NCBI GenBank assembly: GCA_963844035.1
Contig: CAWJMT010000009.1
Coordinates: forward strand, 64,001 to 128,000
Source of the DNA: an uncultured Gemmatimonadales bacterium
GTDB taxonomy: Bacteria; Gemmatimonadota; Gemmatimonadetes; Gemmatimonadales; GWC2-71-9
Reading direction: 5' to 3'
DNA: 64,000 nt
Shown piece by piece: positions 21,203 to 31,336 of the stretch. The position numbers and the translations under genes were made by a program. Each line of letters begins with the position of its first letter. Position 1 is the first letter of the stretch. Below the pieces are notes generated by a model. The model ran no database searches and was not told where the DNA came from. It worked only from the letters and a program-made list of their open reading frames with translations.

Positions 21203-22030
21203 ATGCCAAAACCTAGCGCCGAAGGGCCGGTCGTGCGATCCACGCCGGCTGAATCTCCCCCGGTCGGGGAACTATCACTCGCCGGGAAAGTGGTGCTCGT
21301 CACCGGCGGCTCGACGGGGATTGGCCGCGCTACTGCCGTCGCGTGTGCGGCGGCCGGAGCGGACCTGGCGATCACGTATGCGTCGAACCAGGCGGGTGCC
21401 GCGAGCAGCGCCGAGGAGATCCGCGCCCTCGGACGGCGTGCCGAGGTATTCCATGTGGATCTGGCGAATGCCGCCGGGGTCACAGAGCTGGCGGCGAGTG
21501 CGCGCGCCGCGCTCGGGCGCGTGGACGTATGGATCAACAACGCCGGCGCGGACATTCTGACGGGCTCCGCGCGCAACCTCACCTGGACCGAGAAGCTCGA
21601 CCGGCTGCTGAGCGTAGATCTCCGGGGCACCGTGCTGGCGTCGTGGGCGGCGGTGGAGCTGATGCGCGCGCAGCAGGCGGGGGGCGTGATCCTCAACATG
21701 GCCTGGGACCACGTGGCGGCGGGCGGGATGACGGGTGAGTACGCCCAGGTGTTCTGCGCCGCGAAGGGCGGCGTCCACAGCTTCAGCCGTGTCCTGGCGC
21801 GCTCGGTGGCGCCGCACATCCGGGTGAACGTGCTCGCCCCCGGCTGGGTCGAGACCGACTACGGGGCTGCGCTCGATCCCGCGGTCAAGCAGCGGATCGC
21901 CGGAGGCATCCCCCTGCAGCGCTGGGCCCGTCCGGAGGAGGTCGCCGCCGCCGCGGTATTTCTCGCGTGCGACGCAGCTGGCTACATCACCGGACAGATG
22001 CTGATGATCAACGGCGGCGACGTGATCTAG
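21203..22030 (+). CDS. Atypical SDR-family oxidoreductase
   Basis: TGGSTGIG, NNAG, VNVLAPGW, ITGQ; FCAAK where YxxxK is expected. Confidence 0.85.
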   Translation: MPKPSAEGPVVRSTPAESPPVGELSLAGKVVLVTGGSTGIGRATAVACAAAGADLAITYASNQAGAASSAEEIRALGRRAEVFHVDLANAAGVTELAASARAALGRVDVWINNAGADILTGSARNLTWTEKLDRLLSVDLRGTVLASWAAVELMRAQQAGGVILNMAWDHVAAGGMTGEYAQVFCAAKGGVHSFSRVLARSVAPHIRVNVLAPGWVETDYGAALDPAVKQRIAGGIPLQRWARPEEVAAAAVFLACDAAGYITGQMLMINGGDVI

Positions 22031-22051
22031 CCGCCTCACCAGGAGGTCCCG

Positions 22052-22411
22052 ATGGCGACGAAGGAACGCACCTACACCGAAGCGGAGATCGAGGGGAAGC
22101 TCAAGGACTTGCCCGGGTGGTGGGTCGAGAACGGCTGGATCCGCCGCATGTACAAGACCGACGGGTGGCCGATCACGCTGATGCTGGTGAACGCGATCGG
22201 CTATGTCGCCGAGGCGGCCAATCACCATCCCGATCTCACCGTGACGTGGGCGAAGCTGACGGTCAAGCTGCAGAATCACGCCGCGGGCGGGATCACCGAC
22301 AAGGATTTCGAGCTGGCCCGCAAGATCGAGGACGTGGTGCTGTGGCGGCCGCAGGGCGGCGCGCTCGAGGGGACACCCAACAAGTTCGTGCGCTCCGGCG
22401 ACCCGCGGTGA
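22052..22411 (+). CDS. Pterin-4a-carbinolamine dehydratase
   Basis: AEAANHHPDL, H..GGITDKDFELA. Confidence 0.88.
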   Translation: MATKERTYTEAEIEGKLKDLPGWWVENGWIRRMYKTDGWPITLMLVNAIGYVAEAANHHPDLTVTWAKLTVKLQNHAAGGITDKDFELARKIEDVVLWRPQGGALEGTPNKFVRSGDPR

Positions 22412-23818
22412 GCAGCGCGTCTCGCGCTCCGCGGCGGGTGCTGTTCGTCACCGGCAAACTCGCAGAGCCCGCGCTGCGCCGCACCCTCGAACAGCTCGCC
22501 CCGGAGTTCGTCTACGACGTCGCCGTTCTCAAGATCACGGTCGCCGCGCTCATGACGGCGTCCTGGATCGCGCGGTTTCTCGAAGTCCCGCCCGGCACCG
22601 ACCTGGTGCTGATTCCCGGCCTGTGCGAAGGCGACCCCGCGCTGATCACCGAGCAGGTAGGCGTTCCGGTGCGAGAAGGGGCCCAAGGATCTGCGCGAGA
22701 TTCCCGAGTACTTCGGCCGGGAGAAGGTCGCCGGTACGTACGGCGCCTGGAACATCGAGATCGTCGCCGAAATCAACAACGCGCCGCGGCTGCCGCGCGA
22801 AGCGGTGCGCCGCGAAGCCGAAGCGTTCCGCGAGAGCGGGGCCGACCTCGTCGACATCGGATGCACGCCTGGGCGCGCGTATCCCGACTTGGGCGGGGTC
22901 GTCCAGGAGCTGGTGGGTGCCGGGATGCGCGTCAGCATCGACTCGTTCGATCCGGGAGAAATCCGGACGGCGGTCGCGGCGGGCGCAGAGCTGGTGCTGA
23001 GCGTGAACCGGTCGAACCTCGAGGTCGCGCGGGAGCTTGCCGGCACGAGCGCGCGCGTGGTGGTGGTGCCGGATTTCGGCGCGGGGCTCGAGACGCTCGA
23101 GCCCAGTATTGCCGCCCTCGACGCCTGGGGGGTGCGCTACCTGATCGACCCGGTCATCGAGCCGATCGGGTTCGGCTTCGTCGCGTCGCTCGAGCGCTTC
23201 ATCGAGGTGCGCCGGCGCTACCCGAGTGCCCCGTTGTTCATGGGCGTGGGAAACATCACGGAGCTCACCGAGGCCGACTCGACGGGTATCAACGCCATTC
23301 TCATGGCGATCTGCCAGGAGCTGGGCGTCGGTGCGGTGCTCACCACGGCGGTGATTCCCTGGGCCCGAGGAGCGGTGCGCGAGCTCGCCGTGGCGCGACA
23401 GCTGATGTACCACGCCGTCACGCAGAAGACCTTGCCCAAGGGCATCGACGACCGCCTGCTCACGGTGCGAGACGCGAAGGTGCTCGCGTACCAGGAAGAC
23501 GAGTTGCGCGCGATTCAGGCGACCGTGACCGATCCCAACTTCCGCATTTTCACCGACGCCGACACGATCACCGTCTTCAACGACGAGATCTTCGTGCGCG
23601 GCACGGATCTCGATGAGCTGTTTGCGCAGCTGCCCGTCACGGACCCCGCGCATGCCTTCTACCTCGGGCGCGAGCTCATGAAGGCGAAACTGGCGATCAC
23701 GCTCGGCAAGACGTACCGCCAGGAGGGCGCATTGCGGTGGGGCTATCTCACGCCGCCCGACGACCGCGCTCCCAAGCACGTGAAGCGCCGGCGGGCCCGG
23801 GCCAAGGGCGGCGTGTGA
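22408..23818 (+). CDS. Dihydropteroate-synthase-like protein of H4MPT clusters (orf20), frameshift near 22675
   Basis: FVTGKLAE, VAALMT, GPKDLREIP, DIGCTPG, SIDSF, GNITELTEAD, HAFYLGREL. Confidence 0.83.
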
Positions 23819-25295
23819 GTGGGTTCCCCCTGGTCGAGGAGCTGATCCCGGCTCCCGATCCGCTGGAAGCGTGCGCGCAGCTGGCCGACCTTCCGTATCT
23901 CGTCTTGCTCGACAGCGCGACCACCGAGACACCCGTCGGGCAGCACTCATTTCTCACCGCCGATCCCCCAGCGCTGGTTCGCAGCAAGGGCGATCTGACG
24001 CAACAGCGCACCCCGGCGAGCGAGGTGTGGACGCGCGTGGACGGCGATCCGCTCAGCGCCGCGCGGCAGCTGCTCGCGCCCTTCGCTGCGGCGCCCGTAC
24101 CCGGGCTGCCCCCCTTTCAGGGAGGGGCAGCCGGTTACCTGGGCTACGATTGGGGCGCGATGCTCGAGCGTGTGCCCCGCGCCGCATACGACGACCTCGC
24201 CATCCCGGACGTCTTGCTCGGCATTTACGACTGGGTGATCGCCTGGGACCATCGGACGAACCGCGCCTGGCTCGTGTCGACGGGGATGCCCTGAGACGGG
24301 ACCGGCTCGGAGCGAGCGCGCGGCTGAGCCGCATGGCGTTCGTGAAGGAACGGCTGGCGGGCAGGCGGGCAGGCGGGCAGGCGGGCGGCGAAGGCAAAGC
24401 CCGCCCACCCGCCGACCCGCCCACCCGCCCCTCCGCCCCGACGTATCCCGTCCCCGACATCGCGGACGCCTCCCGTCTCGGGCTCCGCTCGACGTTCACC
24501 CGCGCCGGCTACCAACACGCCGTGGCGCAGGTGATCGAGTACATCTGCGCCGGGGACATCTTTCAGGCCAACCTGTCGCAGCGGCTCGAAGCCCCGCTTG
24601 TGGGCACGCCGTTCGAGCTGTACCGCCGGCTCCGGTCCCGCAATCCCGCGCCGTTCGCGGCGTTTCTCGATTTCGGCGAGCTGGTGGTGGCGAGCTCATC
24701 CCCCGAACGCTTCCTGCGCCTCGATGGCCGGCACGTGGAAGCCCGCCCCATCAAGGGAACGCGGCCCCGCGGGGTGGGACCGGAGCACGACGCGGCTCTG
24801 GCCATGGCGCTCGCCGAGAGCGACAAGGATCGCGCGGAGAACGTGATGATCGTCGATCTCCTGCGGAACGACCTGTCGCGCGTGTGCGAGCCGGGATCGG
24901 TGCGGGTGCCCGAGCTGTTCGCGCTCGAGCACTACGCGACCGTGCACCACCTGGTCTCGACCGTCGTGGGCGACCTCATCCCGACGCACAATGCGGCAGA
25001 CCTGGTGCGCGCCGCATTCCCCGGCGGGTCGATCACGGGCGCGCCCAAAGTCCGCGCGATGCAGATCATCGCCGAGCTCGAGCCGACGCGGCGCGGGGTG
25101 TATTGCGGCGCGATCGGCTACTGGAGCACGACTGGGGCATTCGACACGAGCATCGTCATCCGCACGTATCTCGTGCTCGGGGACGTCGTGTATTTCCAGG
25201 CGGGGGGCGGGATCGTCGCCGACTCCGATCCCGAGCAGGAGTACCGGGAAACGCTCGACAAGGCCGGAGGCCTCATCGCCGCCCTGGTGCCATGA
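23815..25295 (+). CDS. pabB: Aminodeoxychorismate synthase component I, frameshift near 24290
   Basis: LLDSA, PFQGG, GDIFQANL, PIKGT, AENVMIVDLLRND, GSITGAPK, GGGIVADS. Confidence 0.9.
24356..24439. repeat. Inverted pair of 8-bp tandem arrays inside pabB
   Basis: (GGCGGGCA)x3+GGCGGGCG at 24356-24387; CCCGCCNN-type x5 at 24400-24439. Confidence 0.8.
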
Positions 25296-25906
25296 TCCTG
25301 CTCATCGACAACTACGACTCCTTCGTCTACAACCTGGCGCGCTACACGCGCGAGCTGGGGCTCGAGCCGCACGTCGTGCGGCATGACGCGATTTCGGTAG
25401 CAGGCGTCGCGGCGCTCGCCCCGTCGCACATCGTGATCTCGCCCGGCCCGTGCTCGCCCACCGAAGCGGGGATCTCGACCGACGTGGTGCGCCGGCTGGG
25501 CGCCACGATCCCGATCTTGGGCGTATGCCTGGGCCACCAGTGCATCGGAGCGGCGTACGGCGCGCCGATCGTCCGCGCGGGACGACCGATGCACGGAAAG
25601 GCATCGTGTATCCACCACGATGGGCGCGGCATTTTCACCGGGCTCCCGAACCCGTTCCAGGCCGCCCGTTACCACTCGCTCGCCATCTCCCGCGCGGGGA
25701 TGCCTCCCGAGCTGCGCATCACGGCCACGAGCGACGACGGTGAGATCATGGCGGTCGAGCACACGCACCATCCCGTGGTGGGACTGCAGTTCCATCCCGA
25801 GTCGGTGCTGACAGAGCACGGCTACCGCCTGCTCGATCGATTCTTCCGGGGCGCGGCGTCACGGGGAGATCAGCTGCCCGACCGCGCCGACGGCATGGCC
25901 CGATGA
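25292..25906 (+). CDS. pabA: Aminodeoxychorismate synthase glutamine amidotransferase
   Basis: IDNYDSF, SPGPC, GVCLGHQ, RYHSL, QFHPES. Confidence 0.9.
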   Translation: MILLIDNYDSFVYNLARYTRELGLEPHVVRHDAISVAGVAALAPSHIVISPGPCSPTEAGISTDVVRRLGATIPILGVCLGHQCIGAAYGAPIVRAGRPMHGKASCIHHDGRGIFTGLPNPFQAARYHSLAISRAGMPPELRITATSDDGEIMAVEHTHHPVVGLQFHPESVLTEHGYRLLDRFFRGAASRGDQLPDRADGMAR

Positions 25907-26466
25907 TCCTCGAAACGATCCTCACCACTCAGGATTCCGCGGGCACGGTGCACTGCGCGCCGATGGGTGTGGAGTGGGGCGAGGAGGAAATCGTGATCAA
26001 GCCGTTTCTCGAGACGACGACACTGCGGAACCTCCGCGCTACGGGCGTCGCGGTCGTGAGTCTCACCGACGATGTGATGCTGTTCGCCCAGGCGGCGATC
26101 TCGGACGCGCGGTTTCCGACTTTCCCCGCGGCCGTGGTACCGGGCGTCGTACTCGAAGCCGCGTGCTCGTGGCGCGAGGTGCGGGTGCACGCCATCGACA
26201 CGACGCCGCCGCGCGCCCGCGTCGTCACCACCGTCGTCCATCGCGGTGTGCGCCGGGAGTTCATCGGCTTCAACCGGGCCCGGCACGCCGTGCTCGAGGC
26301 CGCGATCCTCGCGACGCGTACGCACCTGCTTCCCGTCGAACAGATCCGCGACGAGTTCGCACGGCTGCAGGTGATCGTCGACAAGACCGCGGGCCCAAGC
26401 GAGCGGGAGGCGATGGCGCTGCTCACCCAGCACGTGCGCACGGCCGTCCCGGTGGCGGCACGATGA
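25903..26466 (+). CDS. DUF447-family flavin-split-barrel protein of H4MPT clusters
   Basis: ILETILTT, APMG, PF..TTT..NL, GFNRA..AVLEAAILATR. Confidence 0.8.
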   Translation: MILETILTTQDSAGTVHCAPMGVEWGEEEIVIKPFLETTTLRNLRATGVAVVSLTDDVMLFAQAAISDARFPTFPAAVVPGVVLEAACSWREVRVHAIDTTPPRARVVTTVVHRGVRREFIGFNRARHAVLEAAILATRTHLLPVEQIRDEFARLQVIVDKTAGPSEREAMALLTQHVRTAVPVAAR

Positions 26467-27446
26467 CGCGGACGGCGCCGGCGGTGTTTGTCGAGGCGCC
26501 GGCGCGGCTGCATTTCGGTATGCTCGACCTGCGCGGCACCCTCGGGCGCCGGTTCGGGGGCATCGGCGCCGCTGTGCCCGCGCCGTCGCTCCTGCTCGAG
26601 GCGCGCCCCGCCGCGGGCTTGAGCGCGGAGGGACCCCGGGACCACGTCGAGCGCGCGCTCGAGTTCGCGCGTCGCTTCCTGTCCCATCACCATCTCGTTG
26701 CGGGAACCGAGTTGTGTCTGCACCGCACGATCCCGGCGCATGCGGGCCTCGGCTCAGGAACCCAGCTGGCTCTGGCGGTCGCGCGGGCGCTCGCCGAGCA
26801 GCACGGGCTTCCCACGGACATCGCCGCCCTCGCGCACGCCGTGGGCCGGGGCCGCCGCTCGGGCGTCGGCACTTGGACCTTCGCGGGCGGCGGATTCGTG
26901 CTCGGAGGGCGGCCGGCGGCGCACGGACACCGGGATCGCTCCCTTGCTCGCGCGGCTGCCGATACCGGCGGCGTGGCGCTGCGTCATCGTCGTGCCTGAG
27001 GGCGCGCCCGGGCTGGCCGGAGACGAGGAAGCGGCGGCGTTCGCGCGGCTCCCCCCCCGGACCCGCACGCGGTCGAGCACGTGGCGCACGTCGTGGTGAT
27101 GCAGCTGCTCCCGGCGCTCGCCGAGGCGGACCTGGCTGAATTCGGTGCGGCGTTGAGCGAGGTGCAACGGGTTACGGGCGGCTGGTTTGCCGAAGCTCAA
27201 GGGGGGGTGTTCGCGCCGGGCCAGAGCGCGGCGCTGGTGGAGCGCCTGCGCGAATGGGGAGCCACCGGCGTCGGGCAGAGCTCGTGGGGACCGGCGGTCT
27301 ATGGGTTGGTCGCGGACGCGTTCACCGCCGGCATGATCGCTGACCGGGCGCGCGACGTGGTGGGAGCTCGGGGTGCCGTGTACGAGGGCCCGTTCAGCTC
27401 GGGCGGCGCACGGATCGCGCGGGGCGCGCCACCCGAGCCGCTGTAG
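26463..27446 (+). CDS. mptG: Beta-ribofuranosylaminobenzene 5'-phosphate synthase, frameshifts near 26900 and 27060
   Basis: PARLHFG, HAGLGSGTQL, GRGRRSGVG, GQSSWGP (GHMP fold). Confidence 0.88.
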
Positions 27447-27449
27447 GCG

Positions 27450-28800
27450 CTACTTGCCTACGCAAAACGTCGCGAAGACGCGCTCGAGCACATCGTCAGG
27501 CGTCACGGCGCCGATCAGCTCGTCGAGCGCGCCCACGCTCGCCCGCAGGTGGGTGGCCGCGGCTACGGCATCCACTCCGTTCGCGCGCGCCGTGTGAAAC
27601 GCCTCGATTTCGCCGAGCGCACGCTCGAGCGCCACGCGGTGGCGCGCGCGCGTCACCACCGGCTCCACGTCACCGAGGCGCAGCAGCTGGCCGAACGCGA
27701 CTTCGGCGAGGCGACGCCGTAGGGCATCGAGACCTTCGCCGGTCATCGCCGAAACACGAGGGAAGGGGGAAGAGGGAAGAGGGAAGGGTAAATCTGCTTT
27801 CGTGTACACAGTAACGACCGGAGCTGTGCACTGCGCAAGGAACTCGTCACGCGCATCCCCTTCCCCCTTCCCCCTTCCCTCTTCCCCAATCGCTTCGCAG
27901 AACAAGATCAGGTCCGCCGCCGCGAGGTAGCGGCGACTCACTTCGATCCCGAGCCGCTCGACGTGATCCTCGCTGTCGCGCAGGCCCGCCGTATCGACGA
28001 GCCGGAACGGGAAGCCTTCGATCACGGCGGTCGCCTCGATCGCGTCCCGTGTGGTGCCGGGGATCTCGGTGACGATGGCGCGCTCGCGCCCGAGCAGCGC
28101 GTTGAAGAGCGACGACTTGCCCGCGTTGGGCCGGCCGGCGATGACCAGCAGGGCGCCTTCGTGGAGTCGTTCCCCCTCGGGCGCAGTTTTGACGAGCTGC
28201 GCGAGCCGGTCCCGCACGACGCGCCAGGTACGCGCGACGCGCTCCGGACTCACAGGGCCTTCGTCCTCGTCGGGAAAGTCGATGTCGTACGCCAGCAGCG
28301 CCTCGAGCTGCGAGCAGATCGTCGCGCAGTGCCTCGAGCCGCTGGGACAGGCCCCGGTCGAGCTGCTGCAATGCGTGCCGGCGCTGGACGGGAGAGGCTG
28401 CGTCGATCAGGTCGGCGGTGGCTTCGGCCTGGAGCAGGTCGAGCTTGCCGTTCAGGAGCGCCCGGCGGGTGAACTCGCCGGGAGGCGCGGGGCGGGCACC
28501 GGCGGCGACGAACGCCGCAACGGCGTCCGCCGGGACGAGCAACCCGCCGTGGGTGAACACTTCCACCATGTCCTCGCCGGTGTACGAGCGGGGCGCCGCA
28601 TACCAGGCGACCAGCGGTTCGTCGATCAAGTCGCCGGCGGCGGTGACGAGGCTGGCTCGCCGCATGGTGCGCGCGGCGTCGGGGAACGGGCGCAGGCAGC
28701 GCGCCGCCACTTCGCGCACGCCGGTGCCCGACAACCGGATCACCGCGACCGCGGAGCGTCCCGGTGGGGTCGCGAGGGCCACGATCGGATCCGACAACAC
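27450..28800 (-). CDS. mnmE: tRNA modification GTPase MnmE, frameshift near 28310
   Basis: IVALATPPG, PRSYTGED, PGEFTRRA, GRPNAGKSS, PGTTRD, DTAG, C-terminal FCVGK. Confidence 0.95.
27760..27886. repeat. Inverted pair of 7-bp tandem arrays inside mnmE
   Basis: (GGGAAGR)x4 at 27760-27787; (YCTTCCC)x4 at 27859-27886. Confidence 0.85.
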
Positions 28801-28828
28801 CGCTCCCCCGACCCCCCTTCCCTCGTGA

Positions 28829-30482
28829 CTACGTGGTCTTGCCCTGCTGTCGCAGCCGCCGTTGCGCGATCAGCCACTGTTGCGGAATGCTGAAGATGTT
28901 GGAGACCGCGTAGTACAGGTTCAACCCCGCCGCGAATCGGTAGAACAGCACGGTCATCATGATCGGCATGAAGTACAGCATCATCTTCGCCTGCGGGTTC
29001 GGCGGCACGCCCATCTGACCGACCTTGGAGAGCACAAACATCGACAAGCCCCATCATCACCGGGATGATGTAGTACGGGTCGTGACGCGAGAGATCCGGC
29101 AGCCAGAGGAAGGGGACGCCGCGGAACTCGATCGTGTTGGCGAACACGAAGAACAACGCGAACAGGACCGGCATCGGGATCAGCATCGGCAGACAGCCGC
29201 CGAACGGATTGACCTTATGCTCCTTGTATACCTTGAGCATCTCCCGTTGCAGCCGCTCGGGATCGTCTCGGTGTTTATCCTGCGTCGCTTTGATCAGCGG
29301 CGCGGCGGCCTGCATGCGGATGCTCGATTCCATCGCCTTCTGGTTCAACGGCCAGAGGACCAGACGGACCGCGATGCCGAAGATGACCAGCACCCAGCCG
29401 TAGGGAAGTTGGAGCCGCTCGTGCATCCACAACAACACCGTCTCGACGAGGCTCGTCACCGGCTGGATCAGGGGACGGAAAAATCCGCCGTAGGGGTTGG
29501 CGTTTTCGAGGTCGTGCCCGATGCGCTCCAGGCGCCGGTATTCGAGCGGGCCGATGTACATCTGATAGCGAAAGCCCCCCGCCGGCGCGACCGGCAACGT
29601 GACGGCGACCGCCATGCGGGTGGCCGTCTTCCCCTGGCGCGGACCGCCCACCGCGATGCTGCCGGCAAGCTTGGGATGGTTCTCCTCGAGCGCGAGCGCG
29701 GCCAACAGGAAGTACTTCGACTTGAGGGCCACCCACTCGAACGGACCGTCGAGGATCCTCTGCTCGCCCGGCTTGAGCGACGAGAACGCCGTGCTCTGCG
29801 TTTTGGCCGCCTTGGTGACGACGGCGAAATGGCGGAAATCGTCGACGGTATCCGCCTCCACCGACCGCGGCCCTTCGCCGAGTCCGAGGACGAGGACGGC
29901 CCCTGTCGGGCCCAGGCCGGTGACGCGGCCGAGCGCCGCGAAGCGGTACCCCTCGGGGTCGAACACGTATTCGAGGGTCACCGTCGCGCCCTGGCGTTCG
30001 CCCGAGAAGGTGAGCCGCGTATGTTCGCCGTCGACCTGCAGGGCACGAGTGCTCGGCTCGAACACCCAGTCACTCAACGCCACCGTGTCCCCGCCCACGA
30101 CCAGGCGAGTCGCCAGCACCGAGTGCCCGGCGGGCACGAGCTGTACGACCCCACCGCTGTCCGCAGGGGCAAACGACCGATAGCGAAGGAGTTCCGCGGC
30201 TACCAGCTGACCCCCGGCGGTGCTGAAGCCGAAGCGAGTGGTGGGGGAGGTGACCCACACCGTCTCCGCTGACGCGGAGACGGGGGCGGTCGGGCGGTCG
30301 GCCGGTCGGCCGGTCAATCGCGAGGTGCCTGCCGTTGAGTCGGGAGCCGGCGCCGGGTGCGACGTGTCTTCGACCGCCTGTCCGCCCGGCCGCCCGACCG
30401 GCTTCTTCGGCGGAAACAGGATGCTCGGTATCACTGCCACGCCGAGCATGAGGACGATTGCTAAGATGAGCCGTCGGTCCAC
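28829..30482 (-). CDS. yidC: Membrane protein insertase YidC, frameshift near 29045
   Basis: YGW..IFG..VR...WPL, NPFGGCLPMLI, FLWLPDLSRHDPYY, GLNLYY..SN...QQ. Confidence 0.93.
30285..30402. repeat. Inverted pair of 8-bp tandem arrays inside yidC
   Basis: (GSCGGTCR)x4 at 30285-30316; CGACCGCC/TGTCCGCC/CGGCCGCC/CGACCGGC at 30371-30402. Confidence 0.8.
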
Positions 30483-30488
30483 GAGTCC

Positions 30489-30716
30489 TCAGGGTACCGG
30501 GTCGAACCCGCCGGGGTGAAAGGGGTGGCAGCGAAGAATCCGCTTCGCGCCGAGCCAGCTCCCTTTGAGTGCCCCGTAGCGTTCGACCGCCGCGAAGGTG
30601 TAGTGCGAGCACGTCGGAGTGAAGCGACACTGCGTCAACATGTACGGGGCCAGAGTGACCTGGTACGCGCGGATCATCCCCATCACGGCAAGGCGAGGCC
30701 AGCGTCGCGGGTTCAT
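30489..30716 (-). CDS. yidD: Membrane protein insertion efficiency factor YidD
   Basis: [27 protein letters not shown]; located between rnpA and yidC. Confidence 0.93.
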   Translation of the reverse strand: MNPRRWPRLAVMGMIRAYQVTLAPYMLTQCRFTPTCSHYTFAAVERYGALKGSWLGAKRILRCHPFHPGGFDPVP

Positions 30717-31050
30717 ATGATGCGCCTCACACTGTCCATCAATTCTGCGCGGAGTGCTGGCGGTGGGGCGGAGTACGCGGAGCGTTTCGTGCGCACCACG
30801 AGGTCGACCGACGGCAGTGTCGCGATGGCTTCGCGCCTCAGCACCTCCCGGAGGCGCCGGCGCAACCGATTGCGTGCCACGGCGGTGAACTGGAAGCGGG
30901 GAACGACGAACGCGATCCGTGGATGGCCCAACTGATTGACGCGCCACGCCAACTCGAGGTGCGGTGTACGCCACCGGCGCCCTTTTTCCCAACAGGCCGT
31001 GAGCTCCGCGCTGCGCGCCAATCGCACGCGGCGCGGAAAGCGCTCGCGCG
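30713..31050 (-). CDS. rnpA: Ribonuclease P protein component (start uncertain)
   Basis: [28 protein letters not shown] (RNR motif); synteny. Confidence 0.88.
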
Positions 31051-31212
31051 TTAGTGGCTCCGATGCTTGGACGGCAGTCGGACGGTGAGGCGCTTGCGCC
31101 CCTTCTTGCGCCGACGCGACAAGACCGCGCGGCCCCAAACGTCTTTCATCCGCGCCCGGAAGCCGTGCTTGTTGATCCGTCGCCGGTTGCGTGGACGATA
31201 AGTCGGACCCAT
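31051..31212 (-). CDS. rpmH: 50S ribosomal protein L34 (absent from ORF track, 53 aa)
   Basis: Hand translation [44 protein letters not shown]... Confidence 0.95.
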   Translation of the reverse strand: MGPTYRPRNRRRINKHGFRARMKDVWGRAVLSRRRKKGRKRLTVRLPSKHRSH

Positions 31213-31235
31213 AAATTTCCTCTCGTGAGGCGGGA

Positions 31236-31296
31236 AACGTACACCGCGCCGCGCGCCGCGGTCAAGGTTGACTTTTCCACAGGCGGGTCATAGCTT
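31236..31296. promoter_or_regulatory. Back-to-back rpmH and dnaA promoters with a DnaA box
   Basis: Plus strand TTGACT(31268)-17 bp-TAGCTT(31291) with TTTTCCACA (31273-31281) in the spacer; minus strand TTGACC-18 bp-TACGTT toward rpmH. Confidence 0.65.
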
Positions 31297-31336
31297 CGCG
31301 CTGCCCTTCGAAACTCCCACCCTTATTTCAGCATCG

